Shown piece after piece: positions 18,598 to 28,673 of a DNA stretch of 64,000 bases; within the stretch, counting starts at the first letter, position 1, and each line of letters begins with the position of its first letter. The translations under genes were made by a program, and so were the position numbers. This DNA is from Dehalococcoidia bacterium (GTDB lineage: Bacteria > Chloroflexota > Dehalococcoidia > Lucifugimonadales > CBDFII01): contig CBDFII010000005.1 of assembly GCA_965248115.1 (NCBI GenBank), positions 275,123-339,122 of the forward strand. Reading direction: 5' to 3'. A model generated the notes under the pieces. It saw nothing but the letters and a program-made list of their open reading frames with translations. It did no database searches and had not been told where the DNA came from.

Positions 18598-21117
18598 TTA
18601 CTTTACCACCACGTTCATCAGCCGCCCCGGTACGTACACCAACCGCACCACCCTCCTGTTGTTGACGTGGGCCTGCACCCGTGGGCTCTCCATGGCCAGC
18701 TGCTTGGCCTCCTCCTCTGTAATGCTTACAGGCACCAGGAGCCGCTCCCGCAACCGGCCGTTGACCTGCACCACCAGAGTTATCTCCTCCTCGGCAGCTA
18801 GCTGCTGGTCCCACTGGGGAAAGGATTGATTGTGGATACTGTAGGGGTGGCCAGTGCGCTCCCAAAGCTCCTCGGCAATGTGAGGGGCCAGGGGGGCCAG
18901 CATGAGCAGGAACTTTTCGACACACTCGTTCCACAGTTTGGGGTCCACGCCATCAGTTGGTTCCGGCGGATTGCTCCAGTCCTCCCATACCTTTGCAAGG
19001 TGGTTGGAGAACTCCATCAGGGTGGCCACAGCCGTGTTGAACTTGAATCTATCGATGTCATGGTAGACCTTTTGGATGGTCTGGTGCAGTTTTCGCCTTG
19101 TGGTTCTATCCCATGAATCCCAATATCTCACTACCTCAGGATCTTCAGTAGGTTGCCTTGGCCGGTTGGCTGGGTCCCGCTGGAAGAGCTGCCAAACCCT
19201 ATCCAGCCATCGAGCCACCCCGTTGATTCCTGCATCGCTCCACATCCCACCCTGCTCCCAGGGGCCAATGAACATGAGGTATGTGCGCACCACGTCGGCC
19301 CCCAGCCGTTGGACGTACTCGTCGGGGTTGACCACATTGCCCCGGCTCTTGCTCATCTTCTCGTGGTCCTCTCCCAGGATGATGCCCTGGTTGAAAAGGC
19401 GGAGAAAGGGCTCGTCGAAGTCCACCAATCCCATGTCCCGCAGCGCCTTGATGAAGAATCGAGAGTAGAGCAGGTGCATTACAGCGTGCTCAGCCCCACC
19501 AGTGTACTGATCCACTGGCATCCACTGCTTGAGGGCCTGGGGATCGAAGGGCCCCTGGTCGTACTTGGGGCTGGTGTAGCGCAGCATGTACCAGGAGGAA
19601 TCCACGAAGGTATCCATGGTGTCAGTCTCTCTCTTGGCGGGCCGACGGCAGCGAGGGCATGTGGTGTCGACGAACCCCTGATGACGAGCCAAGGGTGACT
19701 CTCCTGTTAGCTTAAAGTCGGCATCAGAGGGCAACAGCACCGGCAACTCCCGTTCAGGCACGGGCACGATACCGCACTCGGGACAGTAGATAATGGGTAT
19801 AGGTGTTCCCCAGTAGCGCTGTCGCGACACCAGCCAGTCCCGTAGCCGGTAGGATACAGTCCTCCTGCCCCATCCCTGACTCTCCACGAAGTCAGCGATG
19901 GCCTCCATTCCTTGGGGGCTAGGTAAGTCATTGAACTGGCCGGAGTTGACCATAGTGCCCTCTTCCAAATAGGCCATCTCCAGCTCCTGGCTTTGCCATC
20001 CCAGCGGAGCAACCACCACCTTGATTGGAAGGTCGGACCGTTTGGCGAAGTCGAAGTCACGCTGGTCGTGAGCGGGCACCCCCATCACGGCGCCGGTGCC
20101 GTAGGTCATCAGGGCATAGTCGGCGATTAAGATGGGGACTCTCTCCCCGTTTAGACGATTGATGGCGTAAGCCCCCAGTGGCACTCCCCTCTTCTCTTTC
20201 TCTATTGAGAGGCGCTCTATCTCTGTGGTTCTACGGGCCTCCTCTACGTAGGCCTCTACCTGACCGCGTTGCTCAGGAGTGGTGAGCTCGGGTACGAGGG
20301 GATGTTCTGGCGCTAGCACCAAAAATGTGACCCCGAAGATGGTATCGATGCGGGTGGTGAACGTGAGTATCTCTCTTTCCTCGAGGCCATAGTGAGATAT
20401 ATCGAAGGTGATCTCCACCCCCTCGCTGCGGCCGATCCAGTTACGCTGCATGATAAGGATCTTATCGGGCCAGTCGATGAGACCACTGAAGTCCAAAAGC
20501 TCGTCGGCGTAGTTAGTGATGCGCAAGAACCACTGCTCCAGGTCGCGGCGAGTGATGGGGGTGTCGCAACGCTCACAGCGGCCATTGAGCACCTGCTCGT
20601 TGGCCAGCACCGTCTGGCAAGAGGGGCACCACACGGCGGGTGCCTTGGCCCGATAAGCCAGGCCATTCTCGTAGAGCTTGAGGAAGAACCACTGGTTCCA
20701 CCTGTAGAACTCGGGGAGACAGCACACTATCTCACGGTCCCAGTCGTAGATGATCCCTATTGAGCGTAGTTGTTTACGCATGTTGTCGATGTTGGCCATT
20801 GTCCAGGTGAAGGGATGGATACCCCGTTGTATGGCGGCATTCTCGGCGGGGAGACCGAAGGCATCGAAACCCATGGGGTGGAGCACGTTGTACCCTTGCA
20901 TCCGTCGGAAGCGAGCGTGGCAGTCGGAAGGACCCATGGGGTACCAGTGGCCGATGTGCAGGTCTCCCGAGGAATATGGATACATGGTCATCTCGTACCA
21001 CTTGGGGCGTGGATCGTCGTCGCGCACACGGTAGATGTGGGTTTCCTCCCAACGCCGCTGCCACTTGCGGTCCAACTCCTCGGGGTTGTAGTGCAGTTGA
21101 ACTTGTCGAGTGGTCAT
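18598..21117 (-). CDS. leuS: Leucine--tRNA ligase
   Basis: PYSSGDLHIGH, KMSKS, editing domain GTGAVMGVPAHDQRD. Confidence 0.97.
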   Translation of the reverse strand: MTTRQVQLHYNPEELDRKWQRRWEETHIYRVRDDDPRPKWYEMTMYPYSSGDLHIGHWYPMGPSDCHARFRRMQGYNVLHPMGFDAFGLPAENAAIQRGIHPFTWTMANIDNMRKQLRSIGIIYDWDREIVCCLPEFYRWNQWFFLKLYENGLAYRAKAPAVWCPSCQTVLANEQVLNGRCERCDTPITRRDLEQWFLRITNYADELLDFSGLIDWPDKILIMQRNWIGRSEGVEITFDISHYGLEEREILTFTTRIDTIFGVTFLVLAPEHPLVPELTTPEQRGQVEAYVEEARRTTEIERLSIEKEKRGVPLGAYAINRLNGERVPILIADYALMTYGTGAVMGVPAHDQRDFDFAKRSDLPIKVVVAPLGWQSQELEMAYLEEGTMVNSGQFNDLPSPQGMEAIADFVESQGWGRRTVSYRLRDWLVSRQRYWGTPIPIIYCPECGIVPVPERELPVLLPSDADFKLTGESPLARHQGFVDTTCPRCRRPAKRETDTMDTFVDSSWYMLRYTSPKYDQGPFDPQALKQWMPVDQYTGGAEHAVMHLLYSRFFIKALRDMGLVDFDEPFLRLFNQGIILGEDHEKMSKSRGNVVNPDEYVQRLGADVVRTYLMFIGPWEQGGMWSDAGINGVARWLDRVWQLFQRDPANRPRQPTEDPEVVRYWDSWDRTTRRKLHQTIQKVYHDIDRFKFNTAVATLMEFSNHLAKVWEDWSNPPEPTDGVDPKLWNECVEKFLLMLAPLAPHIAEELWERTGHPYSIHNQSFPQWDQQLAAEEEITLVVQVNGRLRERLLVPVSITEEEAKQLAMESPRVQAHVNNRRVVRLVYVPGRLMNVVVK

Positions 21118-21276
21118 CAACGGCCTCCCATGCACAAAACGGCTTCGAACTCATATCCAGTGTAATACTCGAAGCGTCTAAATCAAAGTGGACGTAGCAA
21201 TAACACCGCAGTTTTTATTCTGCAAGTTTGTCATGCCAATGGGCTGGAGTCATAGGCAAAGGAAGATAACACCCAA

Positions 21277-21358
21277 CCAGTCGATGGTGAGAGTGTCGAA
21301 CCATGAGCGGACAAGATGATGCACTCCCTACACCTTTCGACAGGCTTAGGGTGAGGGG
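21277..21358. repeat. Degenerate inverted pair of REP-like palindromic units
   Basis: ATGGTGAGAGTGTCGAACCATGAGCGG and CACCTTTCGACAGGCTTAGGGTGAGGGG share an inverted (TGAGCC)TGTCGAA-like core with self-complementary flanks. Confidence 0.5.
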
Positions 21359-21377
21359 CGGTTTCTGAGAAGCGGGC

Positions 21378-21413
21378 GAAAAGAGAGGGGGCTGGCTTGA
21401 GCCAGCCCCCTCT
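21378..21413 (-). terminator. Intrinsic terminator downstream of the metalloprotease gene
   Basis: Perfect 13-bp stem AGAGGGGGCTGGC/GCCAGCCCCCTCT, 4-nt loop, followed by CTTTT on the minus strand. Confidence 0.8.
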
Positions 21414-21444
21414 TGGTTTTGACCGATGTATTTTTCAGACCTAT

Positions 21445-22476
21445 TTAATCAACCGTAAAGTCGGCGTGGCAAGTAGCCGAAGCCGCTAGGCGCACTTCGG
21501 AGAATTGGAGTTGGGCGGACAGGCACCCCCCCCCCCCACCGGCTTCAATGGTCACCGTGATTTCCTGAGAGTCAGCGAGGCCACCGTCGTCTAAACTGTG
21601 GGACCCCGTCACTGTGTAGTCGTCCGGCGTGGTTTCGCTGCTGGTGGTCCAGGTAAACCCGAAGTCCCTGGTTGCGCCCGAAGCCAGGGCCACGTCATTG
21701 TAGGACACGCTGCCAACGTCGCTCACAGTCAGCGTTACTACAAAGCCGCTCGCGTCGTTGCTCCCGTGGTTCGCCACGGTCACCGTAATGTCCACCACAT
21801 CACCCTGCGTGGCCGGATTGGGCGAGGCAGTGACCTCGGTTACCGTCACGTCATTCTCCGGAGTAGCCGGTGGAGCGTCACAGTCAACGCTGTCCGTGTC
21901 GGGAATTTCCGGTCCGACAACGGGGTCATCAACCAGCGCCCAACGCTGCGCTGCCAGCACCCCATTTATGTCGCAGATCGAGATGTCAGTGACACCACCG
22001 ACGAAGCGGTCCATCAGGTCATCGACAGTGGCGTGGCCGACGCCGAGGGCATGACCCGTCTCATGCCGAGCGACCTCAGCAAGGATCTCTTGGCCAACCT
22101 CTTCGCCAAGGAACTTGCCCGAGATGCTCAAGTCCACGAACTTGATAAAGTCCCCGTCGAAGCGCCTTTTCGCCGTCCCGGCGATAGGGCCGCCGCCTCC
22201 CCTCAACCTGACCTTGATGTCGGGACTCGTGCCCTCAGGCGCCGGAGTCAATAAAAGCCCTCCGACATCCTCCCAATCGTTTATGGCAGCATCAACGGTG
22301 GCCTGAGATAAAGCGTTTCCACCGGAGATCGTATAGGTGAGCTCGCCATCCGTCAGGCTGCTGTCCCAGGCGCAACAGACGTCCAGGTGGTTGTGGGTGG
22401 CCTGGGAAACCCCTATCGAAGCTATCAGACCCAGCAACGCCGCTAAGACAACAATTATCAGGTTTCTTCTAATCAT
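21445..22476 (-). CDS. Secreted matrixin-type (metzincin) zinc metalloprotease with C-terminal CARDB/Ig-like domain
   Basis: Signal peptide; HETGHALGVGH plus Met-turn (DDLM); NDVTVT..ITVTVANHG CARDB-like segment; C-terminus affected by a G12 tract. Confidence 0.8.
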   Translation of the reverse strand: MIRRNLIIVVLAALLGLIASIGVSQATHNHLDVCCAWDSSLTDGELTYTISGGNALSQATVDAAINDWEDVGGLLLTPAPEGTSPDIKVRLRGGGGPIAGTAKRRFDGDFIKFVDLSISGKFLGEEVGQEILAEVARHETGHALGVGHATVDDLMDRFVGGVTDISICDINGVLAAQRWALVDDPVVGPEIPDTDSVDCDAPPATPENDVTVTEVTASPNPATQGDVVDITVTVANHGSNDASGFVVTLTVSDVGSVSYNDVALASGATRDFGFTWTTSSETTPDDYTVTGSHSLDDGGLADSQEITVTIEAGGGGGCLSAQLQFSEVRLAASATCHADFTVD

Positions 22477-22491
22477 GCCGTACCTTTCCAG

Positions 22492-22967
22492 TGGTTAGTG
22501 GTTGCGCTTTTGGGTGTAGGTGCCGGCCTAATAGGATGGCGGTCGGGTACTATATGGGCCGCCGTAACACTGGAGGGGATAGTAGTAGGAGTTGTCCTCG
22601 CCAGCCGACTCACCGAGCAGGAGTCCCTCTCTTCTCCAATTTCATAGATAGCGAGAACGGCGCCCGTATAGCCAGCATTATCGCCGTCTTCGCTGTCATT
22701 ATGATCGGAACGGCTTTGGCCATTCGCCTTATGCGCACCGTGCTCCGCGGGTTGCTGCTGGGATGGGTGGACACCGCCGCTGGCCTCGCCCTAAGGGTAC
22801 TGGTGATGGGGGCTATTCTGTCTGCCGTATTTGCCGCCATTCAGAGCTTTCCCGTTCTTGGCCTTCATGACACCATCGAACATTCAGTATTGGGGCCCTT
22901 TTTAGCAGACAATTTCGACGTGCTTTTGAGGGTCCTTAAGTTGGTTCGCAGCGACTTCCGAATCTGA
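22492..22967 (+). pseudogene. cvpA: CvpA (colicin V production) family, frameshifted and 5'-truncated
   Basis: One frame gives WLVVALLGVGAGLIGWRSG..GIVVGVVLASRL and shifts near 22610-22620 into ..LLGWVDTAAG..IEHSVLGPFL; no start codon for the first frame. Confidence 0.65.
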
Positions 22968-23024
22968 CACCAATGGACTATCCCGCTAGCACATTTGCCA
23001 TCCCTCGTATATAATCGTAGCAAT

Positions 23025-23534
23025 ATGCTGAGCTTGCCAGTATTGGTACTTAACCTTAACTACGAGCCCATAAACGTCTGTAACGTCAGGCGGGCAGTGG
23101 TATTGGTGGGGAAGGGCAAGGCCGAGCCCCTGGAAAACGGTCGTGGGGAGATCCACACCACCACCACAGTGGTAGAGATACCTTCGGTGATTCGCTTGGT
23201 GTACCCGGTGAAGCGTCCCTTCGCCAGCCGTAAGCTATCCAAGAGGGAGGTGTTCCTCCGGGACCGCTATACTTGCCAGTACTGTGGTAAGCAGACCAGA
23301 GAGCTGACCCTGGACCACGTGATACCTCGGCGTCAGAACGGAAGCCACTCGTGGGACAACGTGATTAGCGCCTGCATCCCCTGCAATCGCCGCAAGGCAG
23401 GCAGCACCCCAGCAGAAGCGCATATGACCTTGCTTCGCCAGCCCAAGGCCCCCTACCCCAACCCCTACTACGTGCTCCGCCACCGAACCATCCTGGAGGA
23501 GTGGCGCCAGTATATCCCCTGGGAGACGGCTTAG
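23025..23534 (+). CDS. HNH endonuclease (McrA/HNH_5-like)
   Basis: VLVLNLNYEP, RDRYTCQYCG, TLDHVIPR, CIPCNRRK; TATAAT at 23010-23015 just upstream. Confidence 0.92.
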   Translation: MLSLPVLVLNLNYEPINVCNVRRAVVLVGKGKAEPLENGRGEIHTTTTVVEIPSVIRLVYPVKRPFASRKLSKREVFLRDRYTCQYCGKQTRELTLDHVIPRRQNGSHSWDNVISACIPCNRRKAGSTPAEAHMTLLRQPKAPYPNPYYVLRHRTILEEWRQYIPWETA

Positions 23535-23568
23535 ACCGCTCCTCAGGTACTCAGCAAGGATGCCACCT

Positions 23569-24615
23569 TCAGACCTTAGCCTGCAGGCGGCTTCGGCTGG
23601 GGAGGTTCAGCATTAAAACTTCCAACGCCAGGCGAGGATTGGCGTTTTGGTCTAGAGCTTCGAGAGTTTCCTGTATGCTTTCGATGACCCGTAGCGGCTG
23701 AAGCGCGGTCAACGTCCCCACCTGTTCTTGGAGAGTCTCAAGCCAGTTCATGTTATGGACATATTCCGTGGTTCCTTGGCTCAGCAATAGCAGGTCCCTC
23801 CACCACCCCAGCCAGAGGTATAGGATCGCGCGCACCTCATCGCGGTCTCTAAAATACAGGGAAGCCAGCTCCGAGGCGTAATCAAAGCGCTCTTCAAGGG
23901 TGGCAGCCGTAAGGGAAGATATGCGCTCCAATCGCTGGCGCCGTGTTTCCAGCACGCTAGGGTCGCTTAGAGTAGACAGGGCCCAGCCGAGACATCCTTG
24001 GGAGAGACGAGCCAGTTCCTCTGTCTCTTGCTGGGGAACGTCATGGTTGTGCAACAGTTCGCGGATAACCTCCTCCTTGGGCAAGTGGCGCAGCTCCAAT
24101 CGCTGGCAGCGAGAGCGAATGGTAGGAAGGAGGGACTCCTCCCATGAGGTGAGAAGGAGTATCAGAACCTGAGGAGGAGGCTCCTCCAGGGTTTTCAAAA
24201 GGGCGTTGGCCGCCTCCTCGCTCAAATGCTCTGCGCCGTCGAAGATAAACACCCGGTAGCTGCCCTCATAAGGTTTGAGACTAGCCTGATGCTGTACCTC
24301 CCGCACCGTGTCGATGCCGATCTCTTTGCGAGTGGAAGACCCCTGCTCCTGGCGGAGACCGATGATCCGCACGTCGGCGTGACGGGAAGCGCTGATACGC
24401 AGGCACTGCTGACACTCACCGCAGGACCCTTCTAGGGGGTTGAGACAGTTGACTGCCCGAGCCAAGTCTAGTGCGAGGGTACCCTTACCCACATGGGGTG
24501 GGCCCACGAGAAGGTAGGCATGGGAGAGGCGTTCTAGCCTGAGGCTCGCCTCCAGTGCGTGCACCAAGTGTTGTTGGCCCCTAATTTGCCACACAGAAGT
24601 TACACCACATCGCAA
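23569..24615 (-). CDS. holB: DNA polymerase III subunit delta'
   Basis: HAYLLVGPPHVGK, CGECQQC, AANALLKTLEEPP, TIRSRC. Confidence 0.94.
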   Translation of the reverse strand: MRCGVTSVWQIRGQQHLVHALEASLRLERLSHAYLLVGPPHVGKGTLALDLARAVNCLNPLEGSCGECQQCLRISASRHADVRIIGLRQEQGSSTRKEIGIDTVREVQHQASLKPYEGSYRVFIFDGAEHLSEEAANALLKTLEEPPPQVLILLLTSWEESLLPTIRSRCQRLELRHLPKEEVIRELLHNHDVPQQETEELARLSQGCLGWALSTLSDPSVLETRRQRLERISSLTAATLEERFDYASELASLYFRDRDEVRAILYLWLGWWRDLLLLSQGTTEYVHNMNWLETLQEQVGTLTALQPLRVIESIQETLEALDQNANPRLALEVLMLNLPSRSRLQAKV

Positions 24616-25937
24616 GCCATCATGTCCTGGAAGCTCTCGCGCCTTCGAATAAGCCTCGCACGACCCTCACTAACCAGTACAATGGCGGGCCTGCCATAAA
24701 GGTTGTAGTTGCTGGCCATGGCGGGACAGTAAGCACCGGAAGCGGGAATTGCAATAAGGTCATCGGGCTGTATGGGTGGAAACTGAACGTCCCTCACCAG
24801 CACATCCCCCGACTCGCAGTATTTGCCGGCAATGGTAATCAGCTCCGCAGGCTGCTGGTCCATCTTATTGGCGGCCACCGCCTCATAGGCAGCGTCGTAC
24901 AGAGCGGGGCGGATATTGTCCCCCATACCACCATCCACAGCTATGTATTTACGAACACCGGGTATCTCCTTTACCGCCCCCACCCGGTAAAGGGCTATAC
25001 CAGCGGGGCCGGCAATGGATCTCCCGGGCTCGATGATAAGCCTGGGGGGGTCCAATCCGAGTCTGCTGCAAGTGGTCAGCATGGAGGAGACCACCACCTC
25101 GGCAAAGTCGCCAATAGAGGGTGGGTACTGGTCCCGAGTGTAGGCAATACCCAAGCCCCCACCAGGGCTGATCTGCTGGAGAGCAAAACCCTCCTCACGG
25201 AAAGAGACCGCAAATTGTACTACCGTCTCCATAGCTATGCGATAAGGCTCCAGCTCGAAGAGAGAGGACCCCAGATGGAAGTGGAGGCCCACGAGCTGCA
25301 GAGTGGAAGACCTTATGGCAAAGCGGATGGCTTCGGCCGCCTGTCCCGTTTCCATAGGGAAGCCAAACTTGCTGTCTAGGATGCCGGTGGTGAGGTGGCT
25401 GTGGGTGTGAGGGTCCACCCCCGGGGAGACCCTAAGCAGGATATCTTGCGTCTTTCCAGCCTCTCCCGCTAAGCGTTCCAGAAGGGCCAGCTCTTGGAAG
25501 TTGTCCACCACCACATACGCCACCCCCATGGTCAGGGCCTGCTCCAGCTCCTCCTGGCTCTTGTTATTGCCGTGAAAGTAGATTTTGCTCCCTGGAAACT
25601 CCGCTCTGGCTGCCACCGCCAACTCGCCACCGGAGACCACGTCCAGTCCCAACTCCTCCTCTACAAAAATACGGGCCAGCGCAGGATTGATGTAGGCCTT
25701 GCATGCGTAAATAATGGAGGTGTCCTGATGGCGACTCTGGAATTCGGAGCAGAACTGGCGGCATCGCGCACGCAGGGTCTCCTCGTCGTATATGTAAAGG
25801 GGAGTGCCGAATCTCTGGGCCATCTCTGTAGTGTCGCAACCCCCAACGACAAGATGGCCCTGCTCGTTGACCCCCGCCGTATCGGGGAAGACTCTATAAG
25901 GGAACAACTTGTTCTCCCTGTCTGGACTGGCCCTCAT
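24600..25937 (-). CDS. lysA: Diaminopimelate decarboxylase
   Basis: GTPLYIYD, YACKA, HFHLGS, EPGRS, GKYCESGD. Confidence 0.96.
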   Translation of the reverse strand: MRASPDRENKLFPYRVFPDTAGVNEQGHLVVGGCDTTEMAQRFGTPLYIYDEETLRARCRQFCSEFQSRHQDTSIIYACKAYINPALARIFVEEELGLDVVSGGELAVAARAEFPGSKIYFHGNNKSQEELEQALTMGVAYVVVDNFQELALLERLAGEAGKTQDILLRVSPGVDPHTHSHLTTGILDSKFGFPMETGQAAEAIRFAIRSSTLQLVGLHFHLGSSLFELEPYRIAMETVVQFAVSFREEGFALQQISPGGGLGIAYTRDQYPPSIGDFAEVVVSSMLTTCSRLGLDPPRLIIEPGRSIAGPAGIALYRVGAVKEIPGVRKYIAVDGGMGDNIRPALYDAAYEAVAANKMDQQPAELITIAGKYCESGDVLVRDVQFPPIQPDDLIAIPASGAYCPAMASNYNLYGRPAIVLVSEGRARLIRRRESFQDMMACDVV

Positions 25938-26074
25938 GTTATGGTGGGTGCCCTAGAGTGTCAAGGCGAAGCCTCAGGCCTGAATTCTTGGCTACGAAAT
26001 CTATCGCATACCTTGGTCTTGAGGGACAGTTCTGTTAATATTGTTTTTACCACTTATCATCATGGAGAATTGAG

Positions 26075-26713
26075 ATGCCCCTGCATTACGACGGTGAGGT
26101 GAGCCTGGTCAAGGTAAACATGGGGCCTTACAACAACAACGGCTATATTCTGAGCTGCCCAACGACTCACGAGTGCATCATCATAGATACGCCTGCCGAA
26201 CCAGAAAAGCTACTCAATGAACTTGGAGGAGGTACCGTAAAGTCCATCCTCATCACCCACGGCCACCAGGACCACCTCCTGGGCTTCGCACAGATTAAGG
26301 AAAAGACTGGCGCCCCTGTGGGAGTGCACTCGGACGACGCCTCCATGCTACCCCAGCCTCACGACTTCCTTCTTAAAAACGGTGATGTAATACAGATAGG
26401 GACAGTAGCGTTAACGGTACTGCACACCCCTGGCCATACGCCTGGTGCGGTGTGCCTTCTCACAGGACGCCACCTCTTCACGGGTGACACCCTTTTCCCT
26501 GGCGGTCCAGGGAAGACCCATTCTCCAGAAGCCCTTCGCCAGGTGATTGAAAGCATCACCCAGAAGCTGCTAGTGCTACCGGAGGAGGTAGCTGTCTATC
26601 CAGGCCACGGCGCCGATACTACTATCAGCAAAGCCAAAGAGGAATACCAGATATTCGCCTCAAAGCCCCATCCTGAGGACCTTTGTGGGGATGTAGAATG
26701 GCTAAAGAACTAA
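26075..26713 (+). CDS. MBL-fold metallo-hydrolase (glyoxalase II-like)
   Basis: THGHQDH, HTPGHT, FTGDTLF, PGHG. Confidence 0.92.
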   Translation: MPLHYDGEVSLVKVNMGPYNNNGYILSCPTTHECIIIDTPAEPEKLLNELGGGTVKSILITHGHQDHLLGFAQIKEKTGAPVGVHSDDASMLPQPHDFLLKNGDVIQIGTVALTVLHTPGHTPGAVCLLTGRHLFTGDTLFPGGPGKTHSPEALRQVIESITQKLLVLPEEVAVYPGHGADTTISKAKEEYQIFASKPHPEDLCGDVEWLKN

Positions 26714-26724
26714 CCGAGATATCG

Positions 26725-27987
26725 ATGTATCAACGAACGGTACTGGAAAACGGACTACGAATTCTAACGTGCAACATCCCCCACAACCGCTCCGTTTCTA
26801 TGGCAGTGCTCGTCGGTGCAGGCTCTCGCTACGAGCCAGACGAGGTGGCGGGTGTCTCTCACTTTCTTGAGCATCTTTTGTTCAAAGGTACTCGCTACTG
26901 GCCTACCGCCAAAGCCGTGAGCGAGGAAGTGGAGGGAGTGGGAGGCATCATCAACGCCAGCACCGATCGAGAGATGACTGTATTTTGGTGCAAGGTGGCC
27001 AGCCCCCACTTTCAGCGAAATCTCTCCCTCCTGGCCGATATGGTGCTTCACCCTCTTCTGGACCCTGGGGAGCTAGAGAAGGAGCGGCAGGTGGTGCTGG
27101 AAGAGATTAACATGACCAATGATTATCCCAGCTACAGAGCAGACATGCTAATAGACCAGGCCCTCTGGCCCAACCAGCCAATGGGTAGAGACGTAGCGGG
27201 AACCCGAGAGTCGATTCTGGCCTTTACCCGGCAGCAGGTGGTGGACTATCGGGACCGACAATATACACCAGGTAACACGGTGGTGGCAGTGGCGGGCAAC
27301 ATCTCCCACCAGGAGGCGTTGAGCTTCCTAGAGGAACAGTTCGGGGAGTGGGTGCCGGGAGAGCCTCTAGCCATGAGGCCTGTGGAAATCCACAACGACG
27401 GCCCCCTGGTTCTAATGGAACAACGCAAAAGCGAACAGGCCCATGTGTGCATCGGCCTACCTGGCTTTCCCCTCAGTCACCCCCATAGATACGCCCTAAA
27501 CCTATTGAGTGTCATCCTAGGCGAAGGGATGAGCAGTCGCCTGCATCTGGAGCTAAGGGAGAACCAGGGCCTGGCCTACGATGTTCACAGTACCGTAGCC
27601 AGCTTCAGTGACTGTGGTGCTTTGGTGGTCTACTGTGGAGTGGAACCCAAAAACTGCCAGAGGGCCATAGGAGCCATCCTGAAGGAGTTAAACGGATTGC
27701 GGGATGGGGTTCCCCAGGAGGAACTAACCAAGGCCAAAGAGCTGTCAAAAGGCAGGCTTCTTCTGCGCATGGAGGATAGTAGAAGCGTAGCTATGTGGAT
27801 GGGAGGTCAGGAGATACTGTTGGGCGAGGTGCGCACCCCCGATGAGGTGGTGGAGATAGTCGACGCCATCACCCCTGAAGAGGTGAAGCAGGTCGCCCAG
27901 GAGGTGATCCGGGAGGAAAAGCTGAACCTGGTGATAGTGGGCCCCTACCGGAGCGAGGCCCGCTTCCGCAAGCTGCTCAAGTTTTAA
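26725..27987 (+). CDS. M16 (pitrilysin) family zinc peptidase
   Basis: Inverted zincin HFLEHLLFKGT; GMSSRL..ELRE..GLAY. Confidence 0.93.
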   Translation: MYQRTVLENGLRILTCNIPHNRSVSMAVLVGAGSRYEPDEVAGVSHFLEHLLFKGTRYWPTAKAVSEEVEGVGGIINASTDREMTVFWCKVASPHFQRNLSLLADMVLHPLLDPGELEKERQVVLEEINMTNDYPSYRADMLIDQALWPNQPMGRDVAGTRESILAFTRQQVVDYRDRQYTPGNTVVAVAGNISHQEALSFLEEQFGEWVPGEPLAMRPVEIHNDGPLVLMEQRKSEQAHVCIGLPGFPLSHPHRYALNLLSVILGEGMSSRLHLELRENQGLAYDVHSTVASFSDCGALVVYCGVEPKNCQRAIGAILKELNGLRDGVPQEELTKAKELSKGRLLLRMEDSRSVAMWMGGQEILLGEVRTPDEVVEIVDAITPEEVKQVAQEVIREEKLNLVIVGPYRSEARFRKLLKF

Positions 27988-28424
27988 GGCCCCTCCTCAT
28001 CTATGAGGAAGGAACTGGTAATTTGCGCCCGGGCACCGATGGTGGCCCCTACAGAGCAGTACTTGTTTTCCGATAGCTCTATGGCCCTCTTTACTGCCCC
28101 CTCTCTTAGAGCATAACCCCTAACGACATATTCCACATGGATCTCTTCGTAGGCCCACGGCTCGTGGGGCTGTTGGGTGCCTGTAACTCTGATCTCCAGG
28201 CCCGTAACCTTTTGGCGCTGCTTCTTTAATATATCTATCACGTCGATGCCGGTGCATCCAGCCAGGGAGGCCAGAAGCAAGTACGCAGGCATGAAGCCCT
28301 CAAAGGGATCATCCTTGCCGACCGGAGCGTCCGTCACTAGCTCATGGTCGTGGCCATCTCGGCTGGTGAACTTCATCCCACCCTGCCACTGGGCACTAAT
28401 AGTTATTGTGGGTTTGTCGGCCAT
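27984..28424 (-). CDS. OsmC family protein
   Basis: LAGCTGID..SENKYCSV; likely start MADKP at 28424. Confidence 0.88.
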   Translation of the reverse strand: MADKPTITISAQWQGGMKFTSRDGHDHELVTDAPVGKDDPFEGFMPAYLLLASLAGCTGIDVIDILKKQRQKVTGLEIRVTGTQQPHEPWAYEEIHVEYVVRGYALREGAVKRAIELSENKYCSVGATIGARAQITSSFLIDEEGP

Positions 28425-28673
28425 CTCTCTCTCACTTTCCCCTACTGCGACCCCTGTAGTCCAGGTGTCTAGGTTGAAACAATAGATACAAATCGCTTCA
28501 TTCGTCTTGGTAAGGGGGGGCGGCAACATCATAGGTTGGCATAGCTGGGGTGTCAATAGGAAAGCCCCGATAGTGGGACACGGGTCTGTCGTTGCCTACC
28601 GATACCGTTTCTGTGATAATGGAGCGCGTGCCTAGAGCCTAGGATACCTATTCCCAGAGCATAACAGAAATCT

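Noticed and set aside
21118-21280. T-box or riboswitch upstream of leuS (also checked lysA, argJ and pdxS leaders)
   Set aside because: No recognisable T-box or aptamer consensus by eye; an Rfam scan would be decisive.
23025-23534. HNH gene as part of a mobile or defence element
   Set aside because: Common stand-alone HNH type with no flanking repeats or partner genes.
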